Shown piece by piece: positions 20,217 through 30,640 of a DNA stretch of 64,000 bases. The notes under the pieces were generated by a model. That model had not been told where the DNA came from and searched no databases. It worked only from the letters and a program-made list of their open reading frames with translations. The translations under genes and the position numbers were made by a program. The DNA is from Gammaproteobacteria bacterium (GTDB lineage Bacteria; Pseudomonadota; Gammaproteobacteria; CBDBNL01; JAAOII01): assembly GCA_965209035.1 (NCBI GenBank), contig OZ242372.1, positions 576,001-640,000 on the forward strand, read 5' to 3'. The stretch's first letter is position 1; every line of letters starts with the position of its first letter.

Positions 20217-21380
20217 ATGAACGAAATTCTAATTGCCAGATGGGCGGAATTGCTGCGGAAGGCGGAGGCCGAAGGGATTCTTTCTTTGGAGACAGTGGAA
20301 CAGTCACCAACTTTTATAGAGATCACCCACCACCAGAGAAAAGAGAATTTTTGTAGCAATATATTAGCATTCTTTTTTAAAACAGGCGCCCAACATCATC
20401 TCGGTGATCTGTTGATATCTTCTTTGCTTGAAGTATATAAAGAAAAAAGCCCGGATGATAATTTTGCGACCGAGGGCATAGAAGTTGTCAATGTTAGCAG
20501 AGAGTACAGCACGGATGAAAGAAAACGCATAGACCTACTGATAAAAACGAGAAGACATGTCATCGGCATAGAGAACAAAATATATGCCGATGCTTATAAC
20601 AACGATTTTAAGAATTATGAGAAAACTATAAAAGAGGTTGCCTCAAACTATTTGGATGATTCTTCCAAACTAAAACCTGTTTATGTGATACTTAGCCTTA
20701 ATAAGCAAGAACAACATGAAAATTTTATTCCGATTACTTACGATGAATTTTTTAAAAAAATTGAAAAGAACTTAGGCAAGTATGTGATGGATGCAAATCC
20801 AAAATACTTTCCATTTTTATTAGACTTTATAAAGACAATACAAAATTTAACTACAGACAATAAATTTATTCAAGAAATGCAAGACTTTCTACAAAAAGAA
20901 AAAAATAATGCGAAAAAAGCACAAAATTTTATTGATGTACTTCAAGAGTATAAAGAGCACCTCAGAGAACGACTTATAAGTGATAAAAACTTAAAATACT
21001 TCAACGATAAATCTGATATCATCAATGCCTCCCTATGGGGTACTGTCCCCCGTAAACGGAATAAGAGAAAATACATTTATATAGATTTTGAGGAAAAGTT
21101 TGATCAAAGCCGCCCTACTTTTGCCATAGACCTCTTGGATTGTTTACCGGACAATGTAATTATTGATGTGTTTTTTCGCGAAGAAAAAAGAGGGCCAGGA
21201 TATCCGGAACGGACGAAAAATCTCTTGCACAAATTTTCTCTTTTGGAAGAATTTAAAATACCGGAACATGATAATAATAAATTCCGAATAAAAGAATCAA
21301 TTCCTATGGATGAAATAACAAATGAGGACAATGTTCTCGGCAAGTTAATAAACGCCCTTCTCAAAGAATACGGAGAATAA
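20217..21380 (+). CDS. PD-(D/E)XK nuclease (PDDEXK_4-like), array copy 3
   Basis: Same motifs; C-terminal half divergent from copy 2. Confidence 0.8.
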   Translation: MNEILIARWAELLRKAEAEGILSLETVEQSPTFIEITHHQRKENFCSNILAFFFKTGAQHHLGDLLISSLLEVYKEKSPDDNFATEGIEVVNVSREYSTDERKRIDLLIKTRRHVIGIENKIYADAYNNDFKNYEKTIKEVASNYLDDSSKLKPVYVILSLNKQEQHENFIPITYDEFFKKIEKNLGKYVMDANPKYFPFLLDFIKTIQNLTTDNKFIQEMQDFLQKEKNNAKKAQNFIDVLQEYKEHLRERLISDKNLKYFNDKSDIINASLWGTVPRKRNKRKYIYIDFEEKFDQSRPTFAIDLLDCLPDNVIIDVFFREEKRGPGYPERTKNLLHKFSLLEEFKIPEHDNNKFRIKESIPMDEITNEDNVLGKLINALLKEYGE

Positions 21381-21539
21381 TAATAGTCCGGATAATTAAA
21401 ATTTAGAAAGAAAAACGCGCAGATCGGTTAATTAAAAAAATTGAAAAGAACCTTGGCAAGTATGCCTCAGACGCACACCCGGAATATCTACAATTTTTAT
21501 TATGCTTTATAAAGAATAAGGACAATACAAAGCCTGACT

Positions 21540-22043
21540 ATGGACAATAAACTTAAAGAAACAATGAAGACATTCCTTCAACAAGAAGGTAATACAGAAA
21601 AATCACAACTTCTTTTTGAGAAATGCAAAAGGTATGAAGAATATCTCATTGAAAATCTTACGAAAGAAGAAAATTTAAACTACTTTCGGAATAAGTCAAA
21701 TGATATTATTAAGATTGATGTCAGTAAATGGCAGGGAAATATCGGGATACATTGCAAGCCGAACAAAGGTATTATTCTTCCCACTTTTGTAATAGATATT
21801 ATGGGCACCTTTTTTCCATATCATGCCCGGATCATCCAAATATATTCCAAGGGAAAAAATAACCCGATTGGTTGGATCCCAAATTTCTTGCATAGGCAAG
21901 AGAAAAGATTATCCAAAAAGTTTAAGTACCAGGATCATAATAAATGTTTTTGGGCAACCGAGCCAATTCCCATTAATAAAATAACACACAAAGACGAACT
22001 ACCAACCAAGTTGATTAAAGCCTTTATCGCAGAATACGAATAA
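21540..22043 (+). CDS. Orphan C-terminal domain of the PD-(D/E)XK array (no nuclease domain)
   Basis: Begins at the hinge Met (MDNKLKE..) and ends EPIPINKIT...LIKAFIAEYE like copies 1-3; preceded by hinge-homologous DNA at 21434-21540. Confidence 0.75.
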   Translation: MDNKLKETMKTFLQQEGNTEKSQLLFEKCKRYEEYLIENLTKEENLNYFRNKSNDIIKIDVSKWQGNIGIHCKPNKGIILPTFVIDIMGTFFPYHARIIQIYSKGKNNPIGWIPNFLHRQEKRLSKKFKYQDHNKCFWATEPIPINKITHKDELPTKLIKAFIAEYE

Positions 22044-22128
22044 AAGAAATAACCCGGATAATCAAACTTGGAGTGAATAGTAAACAGACTCCAACAGTCC
22101 TCCTTTTCAGACCCCACCTCGCAATAAC

Positions 22129-22152
22129 GACAAACAGCAGTTTGTCTTGCTT
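22129..22152. terminator. Short hairpin between convergent genes
   Basis: GACAAAC-agca-GTTTGTC followed by a T-rich stretch. Confidence 0.3.
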
Positions 22153-22218
22153 TGGCGTTTAACCGTTTCGTGTATTAAAGGACGAAGCGGTTCGATTTTG
22201 TTTTTGTTTGTCCGGTTC

Positions 22219-22707
22219 TTAACTCTTGCCGCCGTCTTTTAAGGACACGGTCAAGCTGGCGGCATATTCGGCAAAGCCGAGTGTGTCTATCAGGTTTAAC
22301 TGGACATCCAGCCAATCCAGGTGCTTCTCTTCGTCGGCAAGAATATGCTCCAACATACGAGCGGTGATGAAATCACTCACCTTGTGGGCGGCGGTGATGC
22401 CTTCTTTATAGGAAGCGATTGCCGCGGTTTCCATCTTGCGTTGTTCCGCCAGGATTTCTTGCGGCTGTTGCACAAAATTGACCCCGCCCGGCAGGGACAT
22501 TTCGGGTTTCCCGTCCAGGAACAGGATTCTGTCCATTAGGGTTTGGGCGTGGTGCATCTCGTCGATGGCTTGACGCTTGATTTCCTCCGCCAGGCGAACA
22601 TATCCTGTGTGGTGCAGGACACGGGCATGGAGCATATAACTGTGCGTTGCGCCCAGTTCTTCGGAGAGAAGTTTGTTAAGGGTTTTGGTGAGTAAGTTGT
22701 TTTGCAT
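22219..22707 (-). CDS. bfr: Bacterioferritin
   Basis: EL.A...Y.LH, IDEMHHAQTLMDRILFLDGKP, DEEKHLDWL ferroxidase motifs. Confidence 0.93.
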   Translation of the reverse strand: MQNNLLTKTLNKLLSEELGATHSYMLHARVLHHTGYVRLAEEIKRQAIDEMHHAQTLMDRILFLDGKPEMSLPGGVNFVQQPQEILAEQRKMETAAIASYKEGITAAHKVSDFITARMLEHILADEEKHLDWLDVQLNLIDTLGFAEYAASLTVSLKDGGKS

Positions 22708-23357
22708 GATGATTTGACCTCTATATAGTTGATATGTAATTGATATGTAACTTATGTGTAATTGATAAATGATTTTAGTAATTGCAACATCTTATAGTTA
22801 AATTATAACTCGAATCGCCCGGATGTTTGCACGGATCTGTAAGGTTTGGAAATGCCGAACAGCGGGATGTTAAACAGTCAAACAGCCCCATAGCCCGGCA
22901 GCCGCCGGATACCGGTCGCCCCTTGAGATTGAGATGCTTTATTCGCTTTGTTCGCCTTGCTTCGCCGAACCTCCCCTCCCCCGCCGATACTTTGTTCGCC
23001 TTGCTTCGCCGAGCCTCCTCCATCCGCCATCCGATTGCCCGTCCGCCACTCCCCTGCCGTGCCCCCGCCCGTCTCCTGCTGGAGTGGGCACTCGCCGGCA
23101 AAAAACCGACGCAGGACCGGTACAGAGCCGGTAAAAAAACCGGCACAGGACCTGCAAAGAGCAGCCACAGAATCGCCACAACGCAAAATCACAAAAAATA
23201 CCCGCCGCACATATTGAAAGTGGGTTTGCGAATACTTATAATAAGAAGGGTATGCTAAATCTTTTGGCGGAGGTTTCCCGTCTCTCGTTGTTTTCTTAAC
23301 CGAGGATTCGGCATATTATCTTTTTATATTTGTTTTATATTTAATTTGTGAGGACCT

Positions 23358-24401
23358 ATGGAAGTGTTATCTGAATATTTGATCTTTTTACTAAAACTTG
23401 TAACCGTGATTGGCGGTTTTATGTTTGTCGTTATTTTTATTGCGAGTGTCGCCCGATCACGCAGTCGGTTTGGCAAGTCGCGCGAACCGGAACTTGAGGT
23501 GTCTAATCTCAATGATATGTTCGATCGGGTGTCTCTGCCGATTAAGTATCAACTGCTCTCTTCGAAAGAGCGCAAAGCCGAGAGCAAGCGCAGACAAAAG
23601 GAGCATAAGAAGAAACAAAAAAAGGTGACGGAGAAAAAGAAGATTGCCTATGTCATCGGGTTCACCGGTGATATACAAGCGTCTCAGGTGGACGATTTGG
23701 CGGTGACGATTTCTTCGCTAATCAATGTGGCAAAGGCGGGACAGGAGGTGATTTTGAAACTGGAAAGTGCCGGCGGCTTTGTGCATACCTATGGCTTGGC
23801 GGCGGCGCAGTTGTTGCGGTTGAAGGAGCATAAATTGAAACTGACGGTCTGCGTGGATCGGGTGGCCGCCAGCGGCGGCTATATGATGGCCGCGATGGGG
23901 GACAAAATCTGTGCGGCTCCTTTTGCCGTGGTGGGTTCTATCGGGGTGATCGGGCAGTTGCCGAACATTCACGAGTTTCTGCGGGAGCGGAATATAGACA
24001 TAGAACAGCATACGGCCGGCGAGTATAAACGCACTTTGACGATGCTGGGAAAAAATACTCCCAAAGGACGCAAGAAGTTTGTGGATGATCTGAACAGGGT
24101 GCATGAACTCTTTAAGAATCTCATTAAGAAATATCGGCCCGATTTGCCCTTAAAAAAGGTGGCGACCGGTGAGGTTTGGTTTGGCGAGGAGGCCTTGAAG
24201 TTAAATCTCGTGGACGAGGTGCTCACCAGTGACGCCTATCTTTTGAAGCAAACCGAAAAGGCGACGCTTTATGAAGTCAAGGTGAAAAAGAAAAAGCATC
24301 TGGCGAGTCGTTTGGGAGAGATGAGCGAGAGCATCGCCGACAGAATGATTAATCTGCTATTAACCAAGGCGACCAAGTTGCGTTTGTTCCCCAACGCGTG
24401 A
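23358..24401 (+). CDS. sohB: Inner-membrane peptidase S49 SohB
   Basis: N-terminal TM, LESAGG.V..YGLAA.QL, VAASGGYMMA, TAGEYKRTLT, ATGEVW. Confidence 0.93.
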   Translation: MEVLSEYLIFLLKLVTVIGGFMFVVIFIASVARSRSRFGKSREPELEVSNLNDMFDRVSLPIKYQLLSSKERKAESKRRQKEHKKKQKKVTEKKKIAYVIGFTGDIQASQVDDLAVTISSLINVAKAGQEVILKLESAGGFVHTYGLAAAQLLRLKEHKLKLTVCVDRVAASGGYMMAAMGDKICAAPFAVVGSIGVIGQLPNIHEFLRERNIDIEQHTAGEYKRTLTMLGKNTPKGRKKFVDDLNRVHELFKNLIKKYRPDLPLKKVATGEVWFGEEALKLNLVDEVLTSDAYLLKQTEKATLYEVKVKKKKHLASRLGEMSESIADRMINLLLTKATKLRLFPNA

Positions 24402-24570
24402 TGCTGACGATAGCACATATATAACAGAAGCGAAGCATAAAAGATAAAAGCGAAGCGACACAGATCCCGCACATATATACACACTTCCATAAATGGCAAA
24501 GGCAAAGCGGCAATATAATCAATAACGGAAAGACGCCAGCGGCATTGTGCCCGGCTTGGTCGCAATACGA

Positions 24571-25506
24571 ATGAAAGCAAACCAACAAAAAATCACAGAC
24601 CTACCCGATATCACCCAGGACAGTGTGGCATCCGAACCGGGCAGACTGAACTGGGTGGGGATGGAGCATATTGTCCTTCCTTTGAAGATTGAGGACTCCG
24701 TTCTCGGCATTCAACCAACCACCGGTAAGATTAATTGCTATGTGGATCTGCAGGATCCGAAGGCGCGTGGCATTCATATGTCGCGGATATATATCCTTCT
24801 AACGGAATCGAGTGAGAAAGAGATACTGACTTACCCCACTTTGCAAGAACTGACCGAGCGGATGATCCGCAAGCAGGATAACATCAGTTCGGCAACCAAA
24901 ATCGGGATTACATTTGACTTGTTTGTTCGCAAAAAATCATTGCTAAGCGACAATTCCGGCTGGTCCTGTTATCCGATACGGATTTGGATGCTAAATCGTC
25001 GCGGGAAAGTGTCTTGCCAGTTGGATATGCAGTTTATCTATTCTTCCACTTGCCCCTGCTCGGCGGCATTGGCGCGCCAACTGATTAGTCGCAAGTTTGC
25101 CGAACGCTTTCAAGAAACATCGACGCTGTCTGTGGAGGAAGGACAACAATGGTTGCAAGAGGCGGAAAAGGAAATCGCCACCCCGCACAGCCAAAGAAGT
25201 ATCGCCAAGATTAGTTTAATGATTGAGCCGTGCGAGGCATTCCCTCTTTGGGAACTGATTCGGAAGGCGGAAGAATCTTTGAAGACAGCAGTGCAGTTAG
25301 TTGTGAAGCGGGAGGACGAGCAGCAGTTTGCCCGTCTGAACGGGGAAAATTTAATGTTTTGCGAGGATGCCGCCCGCTCTTTGCGGAATGCGTTTGCCGA
25401 TTATACGGAGCGCGGTTTTTACATCAATGTCCGTCATTTGGAAAGTTTGCATCCGCACGATGCGGCGGCAATTGTGCGAAACGGACATTTAATTTCGCAC
25501 AGTTAA
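24571..25506 (+). CDS. folE2: GTP cyclohydrolase I type 2
   Basis: LPDI, RGIHMSR, YSSTCPCS, ATPHSQRS, VKREDEQ, NLMFCEDAAR, ESLHPHDA. Confidence 0.93.
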   Translation: MKANQQKITDLPDITQDSVASEPGRLNWVGMEHIVLPLKIEDSVLGIQPTTGKINCYVDLQDPKARGIHMSRIYILLTESSEKEILTYPTLQELTERMIRKQDNISSATKIGITFDLFVRKKSLLSDNSGWSCYPIRIWMLNRRGKVSCQLDMQFIYSSTCPCSAALARQLISRKFAERFQETSTLSVEEGQQWLQEAEKEIATPHSQRSIAKISLMIEPCEAFPLWELIRKAEESLKTAVQLVVKREDEQQFARLNGENLMFCEDAARSLRNAFADYTERGFYINVRHLESLHPHDAAAIVRNGHLISHS

Positions 25507-25516
25507 GCACCGGGTT

Positions 25517-26299
25517 TTAGAACTCGTTACGCCACAGACGCAGGGCGGCAAACACCTCCACCGGATCGGATAACTTCAGATCCCGCAGTTCTTCCATCTT
25601 CTCGCGGACATCCGAGCGGTCGGCACGCAAGAAGGGATTGGTTGCCAATTCTTCCGCCAGGGTGATCGGGGCGGCGATGCCGTTATGTTCCGAGAGACGT
25701 TTTTGGGTTTCTTCCAATCGCTGTTTCAAGGCATCGTTATTCGGCTCTATCCGACTGGCAAACGCCAGGTTGGCGGTCGTGTATTCGTGTCCCCAGTATA
25801 GCAAGGTTTCCGGCGGCAACTGAGCGCACTTTTGCAAGGTTGCGTGCATTTGCTCCGCGGTCCCTTCAAACACTCTGCCGCAGCCGCAACCAAAGAGGAC
25901 ATCACCGCAAAAGAAATGTTTCTTATCGGCGATAAAACCAATATGGTCCAAAGTATGGCCGGGCAGCGAAAGCACCTCAAAATGAATACCCGCTCTGTCA
26001 AACGCATCACCTTCGGTGAAGGCCTGGGTGATGCTTTCAATCTTCTCGTTTTCGGGCCCCAGCACCGGGCAGTGATACTCGGCAATAATATCTTCAATCC
26101 CCGCCGTATGGTCGCCGTGATGATGGGTGATAAGAATGCTGTCCGGCCGCAGGTTGTTCTTTTGCAGATACTCCAATATGGGGCGACTCTTGCCGGGGTC
26201 AACCACCACCACATTCTTGTCGTCCGCCGAAGAGGCCAACAGCCAGAAGATGTTGGCGCCGCTCTCCTCTCTGTCTTTAATACCGATTACATTTGTCAT
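25517..26299 (-). CDS. gloB: Hydroxyacylglutathione hydrolase
   Basis: THHHGDHTAG, PGHTLDH, CGDVLFGCGCGR, HEYT, TNPFLR. Confidence 0.93.
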   Translation of the reverse strand: MTNVIGIKDREESGANIFWLLASSADDKNVVVVDPGKSRPILEYLQKNNLRPDSILITHHHGDHTAGIEDIIAEYHCPVLGPENEKIESITQAFTEGDAFDRAGIHFEVLSLPGHTLDHIGFIADKKHFFCGDVLFGCGCGRVFEGTAEQMHATLQKCAQLPPETLLYWGHEYTTANLAFASRIEPNNDALKQRLEETQKRLSEHNGIAAPITLAEELATNPFLRADRSDVREKMEELRDLKLSDPVEVFAALRLWRNEF

Positions 26300-26455
26300 T
26301 TCATTTGCTTTTATGTTTTTGTATATTTTTTATGTGTGTGTTTATTATACTCTATCCGTGAGTGGCATCCAAAATTTGTCGGGGTACTTCGGAAGTTTTT
26401 TCAATTCTCAGTTAAAACCTTGGCAAGATTTTGCCAAACTTGTGTCAAAGCCTTA

Positions 26456-27569
26456 TCAAACCTCCGCCCAACTTTTATCAAATTTTGTCTCATCTAAAAA
26501 GTGCAAGGATAATTTGGGGGATGCCTTGCTTTTAATCATATTCTCAATTAAGTATAGCCCTGCCGTATTCGGGTTCGGGTTTTGCCCTGCCGGGTCCGCC
26601 ATAGCGGCGAGACGCGGAAAGTCGTAACAGCGGGACACCCGATAAGTCTTGCGCAAAGGAGCAAAGTAATCCGCATCATTGGGTTTCCAGAGATTGGAAG
26701 CCACATAGATATCCGTACCGGGCGGGAATTTTTTGACAAGTTGCCGACACAGATCTTCGCCGGACAGAAAGTGCTTCAAAACAGGATAATACTTCGGGTT
26801 CCATTTTGCAATCATTCGCTCGGCATCGGCTTTGTCAAACTTTCTGTGATCGTCCCAAGGCAGCCGGCAACTCAAAAAGTGGTAGTGTCCGAGTTTGGCA
26901 ATCGTTTCACGGGCAATAGTTACGAGAGGCGCGGCTGTTTGTAAATACAATTCCGTCCGGCGATAAAAGTCGCAAAAGAGCGGTTTGGTTTTGATTTGGT
27001 ATGTTACCCGATCCGGCGGGTGCAAGTAGCGAACAATCAGAGGATGCTGTTTGTTTTGTTGGGCGGTGATCTCTTGTGTTTGAGGAACAAAATATGGCTG
27101 AAACGAGCCCGCCTTCGCCGGGAAATCTCGCATCGGGATGTAATCCAACTTTTTTCTTGCCGACTCGTTCTCGGTCAGATGGGATACCGGGAAAGAATAA
27201 TTCCACCAGTCTTCCCGAACCGGTCCGGCGGCATTCGTGACCGCATAGGATGCCGACAGATCATAATAGTCGCTAACGGAAGGATTGTCAGCCTTGCCAA
27301 AGTTGTGGACGGGGTCCGGTTCCAACGGAAAAACCACCGCAGTGCGGCCGAGATAAAGAGCCTCTTTAAGCAGGCATTCCTCCCGAGAACCGCATGTGGT
27401 CCGCCAAGATTTCGGGACTTGGGCCGCGGCTCAAACTCCCGCCGAGATCGTAACGAAGTTTCCGCAGAGTATCTTTGACAAACAGACTCGGTTTGCCGCG
27501 GCGCAGTTGGCGCAGTGCCTCTCGCCAGGGCGGGACAAAAGATGCATAACAAAGATAGCCGTTAGTCAT
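26456..27569 (-). pseudogene. Probable frameshifted O-fucosyltransferase-like (GT-B) glycosyltransferase
   Basis: MTNGYLCY...DHMRFS in one frame, then ECLLKEALYLGRTAVVFP...HN in the frame of ORF 26456-27337 (switch near 27385); later DIYVASN and LIENMIKSKA resemble O-FucT motifs. Confidence 0.45.
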
Positions 27570-27744
27570 TGATCCGATAGTTTTGATAGTTGCGATAGTT
27601 CCGATAGTTTCAATGCCTTTTCCGGCATCCGCGTACTCGCGAACAAGCCACATCCAAAACGCATCCCAAACGCATGCAAGGTGCATCCAAGCCGCATGCA
27701 AGATACCCCCAAGATGCATCCAAGGCGCCGGGAATATTAATAGA

Positions 27745-29274
27745 TTATGCCGATGCCCAATTCTTACTGCGTTCCACCGCCGCGTGCCATCGTTCCATCA
27801 GGGCGTCTCGCTCGGCGGCCGGCTGTCGCGGGCTGTAGGTCTTCTCGGTCCCGCCGAGGGCGGATAGCTCTTCGGTATCCTTCCACAGACCGCATGCCAA
27901 CCCCGCCAAATAGGCGGCACCCAGCGCGGTGGTTTCCTTGATGCGGGGGATCTGAACCGGCAAGCCGAGAAGGTCGGCCTGGATTTGCATCAATAGCGCA
28001 CTTGCCGTGGCGCCGCCGTCGGCACGCATGACAGTAATTTCCGTATCATCCGTATCGTCCGTATCGTCCGTATCGTCCGTATGATAGCCCCGCCGCATCG
28101 CGTCAACCAGATCCACGGATTGAAAGGCGATGCTCTCCAAAACGGCTCGTGCCAGATGTCCGGCGGTGGTGCCGCGGGTGATCCCGATCATCATCCCTCT
28201 TGCATTCGGATCCCAATGGGGCGCACCCAAACCGACAAAAGCCGGCACAAAATAAACGCCGCCGTTGTCTTTGGCGGCAAGTGTGTTAATTTCTTCGGCG
28301 GTTTTGATAAGACCCAGACCGTCACGCAGCCACTGAATGGCGGAGCCTGCCACAAAAACGCTCCCTTCCAGAGCATACACGGGCTTCTCGCCGGGCAACT
28401 GCCAGGCAATCGTTGTCAGCAGGTTGTGCGCGCTCAGTGCCGGCCGATGGCCCGTGTTCATCAGTGTGAAACAGCCAGTGCCGTAAGTGTTTTTGACCAT
28501 CCCCTCTTCAAAACAGGTTTGACCGAAGAGGGCCGCGTGTTGGTCGCCGGCAATACCGGCAATCGGCACGGAGGTTGCCCCAAACAGACCTGATTTTGTT
28601 TTGCCGCAAACACCGGAGGAAGCAACAACCTGCGGTAGGATGCCGGCTGGAATGTCAAACAACTCCAGCAGTTCTTCGTCCCATTTAAGCGTGTGAATAT
28701 TAAATAACAGGGTGCGCGCCGCATTGCCGATATCGGTGATATGTTCGCCGCCGGTGAGTTTGTAAATTAGCCAGGTATCTATGGTGCCGGCCGCCAGCCT
28801 GCCTTGTTTGGCAAGAGTGCGGGCATCGCGCACATTGTCAAGCAACCACTTCAATTTTGAGGCGGAGAAGTAAGGATCCGGTAACAGCCCGGTCTTTGCG
28901 GTAATCATCTCTTTTTGGCTCGCAAGACGGCGCATCAGATCCGAAGTGCGTTTGTCCTGCCAAACCAATGCCCGAGCCAAAGGTTCGCCGCTCTTTTTGT
29001 CCCAGATGGCAATGGTTTCGCGCTGATTGGTGATGCCGATGCCGGCGACATCTTGCATGCCCAATCCGGCGTCTTTTAATGCGGCCGCCACCGCGGCACA
29101 TTGGCTGTCCCATATCTCGTTGAGGTCGTGCTCCACCAGACCCGGAGCGGGGAAGTATTGGGGAAACTCCAACTGCCCCTGTCCCGCGCAGTTCGCTTTG
29201 CGGTCAAACAGCATTGCGCGGCTACTTGTTGTTCCCTGGTCCAACGCCAGGATGTGTTTGGGATTCGTTGCCAT
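27745..29274 (-). CDS. glpK: Glycerol kinase
   Basis: [40 protein letters not shown]. Confidence 0.96.
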   Translation of the reverse strand: MATNPKHILALDQGTTSSRAMLFDRKANCAGQGQLEFPQYFPAPGLVEHDLNEIWDSQCAAVAAALKDAGLGMQDVAGIGITNQRETIAIWDKKSGEPLARALVWQDKRTSDLMRRLASQKEMITAKTGLLPDPYFSASKLKWLLDNVRDARTLAKQGRLAAGTIDTWLIYKLTGGEHITDIGNAARTLLFNIHTLKWDEELLELFDIPAGILPQVVASSGVCGKTKSGLFGATSVPIAGIAGDQHAALFGQTCFEEGMVKNTYGTGCFTLMNTGHRPALSAHNLLTTIAWQLPGEKPVYALEGSVFVAGSAIQWLRDGLGLIKTAEEINTLAAKDNGGVYFVPAFVGLGAPHWDPNARGMMIGITRGTTAGHLARAVLESIAFQSVDLVDAMRRGYHTDDTDDTDDTDDTEITVMRADGGATASALLMQIQADLLGLPVQIPRIKETTALGAAYLAGLACGLWKDTEELSALGGTEKTYSPRQPAAERDALMERWHAAVERSKNWASA

Positions 29275-29357
29275 AAATGAATTGTCGTTTGTGAATTGCG
29301 GGTTGGTCGTGTTGGTCCGGTTGGTTGCCCCCGTGACGACAACCGAATACCTGTGTG

Positions 29358-30638
29358 TTACAAGCCCAGAAGTTCCAGTCCGGGGTATTCCAAAAATTCT
29401 TTAATGGCTACCAGAAACTGCACCGCCGTTTTGCCGTCTATCATACGGTGGTCATACGAAAGTGCCAGATACATCATCGGCAGAATTTGCACTTCTCCGT
29501 CTTTGGCAACGGGGCGTTCCTGGATCTTGTGCATGCCGAGGATAGCTGTCTGTGGGGGATTGATAATCGGCGTGGACATCAGCGAGCCAAAAACACCGCC
29601 GTTGGAAATCGTAAAGGTCCCGCCTTGCAGTTCGTCCAGGGACAATTTTGCGTTTTTGGCTTTTTCGCCGAATTCGGCAATCTGTTTTTCCACGGCTGCC
29701 AGGTCCATCACATGGGCATCGCGTAAAACCGGCACCACTAGGCCGCGGGGGGAAGACACGGCAATGCCAATGTCGTTGTAATTGTGATAGACAATCTCTT
29801 CGCCTTCTATGTAGGCATTCACTTCCGGAAACCGCCGCAGCCCATATACGCAGGCACGCACGAAGAACGACATAAACCCGAGCCGGGCGCCGTGCTTGCT
29901 TTCAAACTCTTTTTTATGCGCGGCCCGCAGCTCCATTACGGGACGCATATTAACCTCGTTGAAAGTGGTCAGCATTGCGGCCGTCTGTTGGGATTGCACC
30001 AATCGCTTGGCGATGCTTGCGCGCAGGCGACTCATCGGCACTCGCTCTTGTTTGCGCTCGGCCGAGACTGTCTCGGCAGAGGCACCCAAACTTGCGACAA
30101 GATCCTGTTTGGTCACCGGGCGGTTGCCGACCTTGACGGAAGAGATATCCATACCGGTTTCCCGGGCAAGACGGCGCGCCGCGGGTCCGCTTTTTACCGG
30201 TGCTTTTTCCCGCCCCGCATCAGAGGCATCGGAAGTAGAAGCAGCGGCAGCGGCAGGTGCCGGTGCGGCCGGCTCGCTGTTGGTCTTTTTCTGTGTCGGT
30301 GATGTTGTTTCCTTAACTTCTCTAGCTTCTTTAGTTTCTTTAGCTTCCGAGGACTCTTTGGATTCTTTGGTTTCCCCGGCTTCTTTGCTTTCTTTTGCCC
30401 CCTTGCCGGCCTCGTAAGAGCCTATCACCTGATTAGCGGTGACCGTCTCGCCTTCTTTTATTTTGATTTCCGTAAGAACTCCGGCGGACGGGGCCGGCAC
30501 TTCCATAACAACCTTGTCCGTTTCTATTTCCACCAGAAGTTCGTCCCGGGCAAAACTTTCGCCCTTGCTCTTGCGCCAGGAAAGAACCTGCCCCTGCTCG
30601 ATGGATTCAGGGAAAGCGGGAACCTTAATATCCGGCAT
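29358..30638 (-). CDS. sucB: 2-oxoglutarate dehydrogenase E2
   Basis: Lipoyl domain [20 protein letters not shown]. Confidence 0.96.
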   Translation of the reverse strand: MPDIKVPAFPESIEQGQVLSWRKSKGESFARDELLVEIETDKVVMEVPAPSAGVLTEIKIKEGETVTANQVIGSYEAGKGAKESKEAGETKESKESSEAKETKEAREVKETTSPTQKKTNSEPAAPAPAAAAASTSDASDAGREKAPVKSGPAARRLARETGMDISSVKVGNRPVTKQDLVASLGASAETVSAERKQERVPMSRLRASIAKRLVQSQQTAAMLTTFNEVNMRPVMELRAAHKKEFESKHGARLGFMSFFVRACVYGLRRFPEVNAYIEGEEIVYHNYNDIGIAVSSPRGLVVPVLRDAHVMDLAAVEKQIAEFGEKAKNAKLSLDELQGGTFTISNGGVFGSLMSTPIINPPQTAILGMHKIQERPVAKDGEVQILPMMYLALSYDHRMIDGKTAVQFLVAIKEFLEYPGLELLGL

Positions 30639-30640
30639 AG

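Noticed and set aside
19610-21280. DGR-type mutagenesis of the nuclease tips
   Set aside because: Substitutions involve all four bases plus indels; no RT nearby
22728-22795. Fur box upstream of bfr
   Set aside because: Only a weak AT-rich resemblance; better explained by the 11-bp repeat
22775-23258. Small ORFs or ncRNA in the bfr-sohB spacer
   Set aside because: GC-rich local repeats (tttgttcgccttgcttcgccga x2) explain the ORFs; no bfd cysteine pattern or recognisable RNA family motif
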